The translations under genes were made by a program, and so were the position numbers. 64,000 nucleotides of DNA, taken from the NCBI GenBank assembly GCA_001949185.1, contig BDGG01000014.1:589378-653377 (forward strand), read 5' to 3'. Each line of letters starts with the position of its first letter. Within the stretch, counting starts at the first letter, position 1. Below are positions 61,770-64,000 of the stretch, piece after piece. Source of the DNA: Ramazzottius varieornatus. Lineage: Eukaryota; Animalia; Tardigrada. The notes beneath the pieces are model-generated. The model did not search any database, was not told the DNA's origin, and saw nothing but the letters and a program-made list of their open reading frames with translations.

Positions 61770-63134
61770 TCATCCGGCCGCTGTGGTCCACCACCAATAC
61801 GTAGTTGTGGGCTCGGTACCGGGAGTAGTGGGAAGCCATGGATAGGGTGTAGTGGTGGAACCGCCACACGAATGGTAATTGATCTGCGGAGAAAGTGCAT
61901 TAGAATTTGGTTGCAAAAAGAGAAATGTTGTAGACCGTTCTCACTGGAAAAGCAGAGTTTGGACAACGTACCGTCAGATAGATGCTGTTGGATGGCTGTC
62001 CATAGTTGTTCATGATATAGACTTGCATGGTCTGTGTAAAGTCCATGTTTGGCTGACTTTGAAGGTACAGCTGCCCGCTGCCCGTTGGATAAGCATAAGC
62101 GTAGACGAAGCCGGCAGGTGAACTTGAGGTAACAGAATTGTACCAGTTGACGCCGTATGCCGAATTATACTACAGCACAATTAGGCGCGTGATGTGCATT
62201 CTTCCATTATCGTACACATGTTGTAGAATACTTGCCCATATGTTAGCATAGATGTAACTTCCTGCGGCCAGGTGGCACGGTACGTCGATGATTGAGCCGT
62301 CGTAGTACAGGTATGGATAGGAAGGTGAAGATGTCGTCGTCGTGGAGGTAGTTGACGGGCAGAAGTGGAAGTCAAACTGAAACAACTAATAGTATACCCC
62401 TGAACAACCACCAAATCCCGGCATACATTCCGTACGAGTACATTGGAACCATGCTGAGCACTTGTATTGAGATCGCTTCTTTACCGTGAGGAAGACGGAG
62501 TTTGATTTCTGGCCGTGACTGTCAGTGACCCACACTTCGATCACTTGCGAAAAGTCCGCTGAAGGCAAGTAGTTGAGGTAAATGTTGCCGTAAGCGTCGG
62601 GTCCCACCAGATAGCTGTTGAAATTGCCGTTGCTGCTCCCTCTGATGGCACTGTACCAGCTGTAAGCAGAGTTGGATCCGGGTTGCACCTTCGAATAAAC
62701 GTATCCAGGCATGCATATTACGCAAGAATCGTACTGTAGTAGAAGCGATAGAGCAAAATGTTACTGGTCCTTACCGACAAGCCGGAGAAGAGGAAGGAGT
62801 AGTAGGTGAAGTAGCATGGAACATCAATCCATGATGCGTTTCCGTAGTTGACAAGCACAGGAGGCGGGGAAAGTGTAGCGTTAGACTGGTTGCAGGTGTT
62901 GCATTCGGCGGCTTGCTCGTAGCTCAGCTTGCGCGACTCGTCGACGGAGACCTTGACAGCTCGCCCACGGTAGAGACGATCCAGGATTGCGGAACTGAGA
63001 CGCCGGTCGAAGTTCCGGCCCCAGTTTCCATTGTCCAGACTTCCCCCGAAGAATCCAGTGGACGGAACAACTGCCACGATCTGAGCAGTAGCACCAGCAT
63101 ACAGAGCTGCAAGAAGCAAAACCTTTAGTGCCAT
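61770..63134 (-). CDS. Secreted protein with two tandem ~110-aa beta-rich repeats and a Thr/Pro/Trp tail; 5 exons
   Basis: Signal peptide MALKVLLLAALYAGATA; repeats IDVPC...WY..(G.I/LYL)..P..DF.Q...V......GQ.SNS(V/I).LT with introns at equivalent positions; ends TTTYWWWTTAAG*. Confidence 0.8.
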
Positions 63135-64000
63135 CTCACCGGGTGGGGGGAAAAACTGGAACTGAAAAGTTTGTGGAAAAATGAGCCTTGGTTTCTTCGA
63201 TTATGTACCTTTTTTTCTTGCGGCCTTTCCGTAGTTGGCAGATCTAGGTATGCAATCTGTTGGCCATGAAGTTACGAGACGTTTCTGGAACCTTTTGCCA
63301 AAATTCACCGCTGTTACGCAGCTCATTTCTCATCTCGGGGAATTTTATGGAAATTACGACCTTGTCAAATGTGATAAGAGGAACTTTTGAAACACGTGCT
63401 TGCTGCGGAAGGAGTAAGTTTCGAGTCAAGTCCGGCCGTTACTTGCATGTTACGATATTTCAAACTATTCTCTGCCGTACACGTTCTCGTCGGCATCTAC
63501 AGCGCGCGCGATAAACTGGATTTTCCCGGTAGAACCTGTCAACGGCTGACGTCTGTTGCAACTGCAGCCAAGTTTCCAGTGCGGCAAAGTTGTTCGCCAA
63601 ATGAACCGAAATCTAACGGGGCGCTGTGGCCGAGGCTGCGAGATCGAGAGGGTAAGATTTAGGGGAGAAGACGCATGGTTATCGGATTCGTCCGATTACG
63701 GGTGTCCGCTGGCTGAATTTTGCGGTGCGGCAACGTATTGTAATTTACGAAACCGAGTTAGGTGTGTTCTTCCCTTCCTGTCCAGTGATTTTCTAACATT
63801 CGTACCCTCGAGTAAGGCTAAGCTGTGTTCGATGCTGTGTGAGCCCTAAGTTTCTGCTTAATGGAGAGTACTACGAAAGGGAAATTGGTACGGAAAGCAT
63901 TACGAAATGCTGGTGGTGCGTGACGCGGGGTTCATCCAGTGTTGCTAACAAATAACTAATGTGTGGTGCGCGCGTTCTGTCTTGATCAGCATCGTGGTAG

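Noticed and set aside
62386-62388. In-frame TAG between two contiguous ORFs suggesting readthrough
   Set aside because: It lies inside a GTAAAG...TTTCAG intron whose position matches the intron in the second repeat.

Overview
Compact, intron-rich eukaryotic (invertebrate animal) DNA. Short GT-AG introns, the gene content and expanded atypical rhodopsin-like GPCRs fit a tardigrade-like genome, but this is inference only. The first 40 kb is mostly host genes: peroxidasin, a small secreted Met/Gly/Asn-rich Cys-capped protein, a four-repeat uncharacterised protein, an adhesion GPCR with a duplicated N-terminal domain, MAPK15/ERK7, FAM135 and a two-CUB secreted protein. The ~17 kb between two paralogous GPCRs (40.4-57.7 kb) is a mobile-element pile-up: a mariner relic, a CRE-type non-LTR relic, a Sailor-like IS630-Tc1-mariner element with a nested mariner, a Polinton/Maverick (adintovirus-like) fragment, and an internally deleted Ulp1-carrying MULE with a 9-bp TSD. 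The most striking observation is an intact, intronless, divergent TATA-binding-protein homologue inside the Polinton fragment, head-to-head with the packaging ATPase and with both start codons in one CATG. All family calls come from reading motifs; no searches were run.
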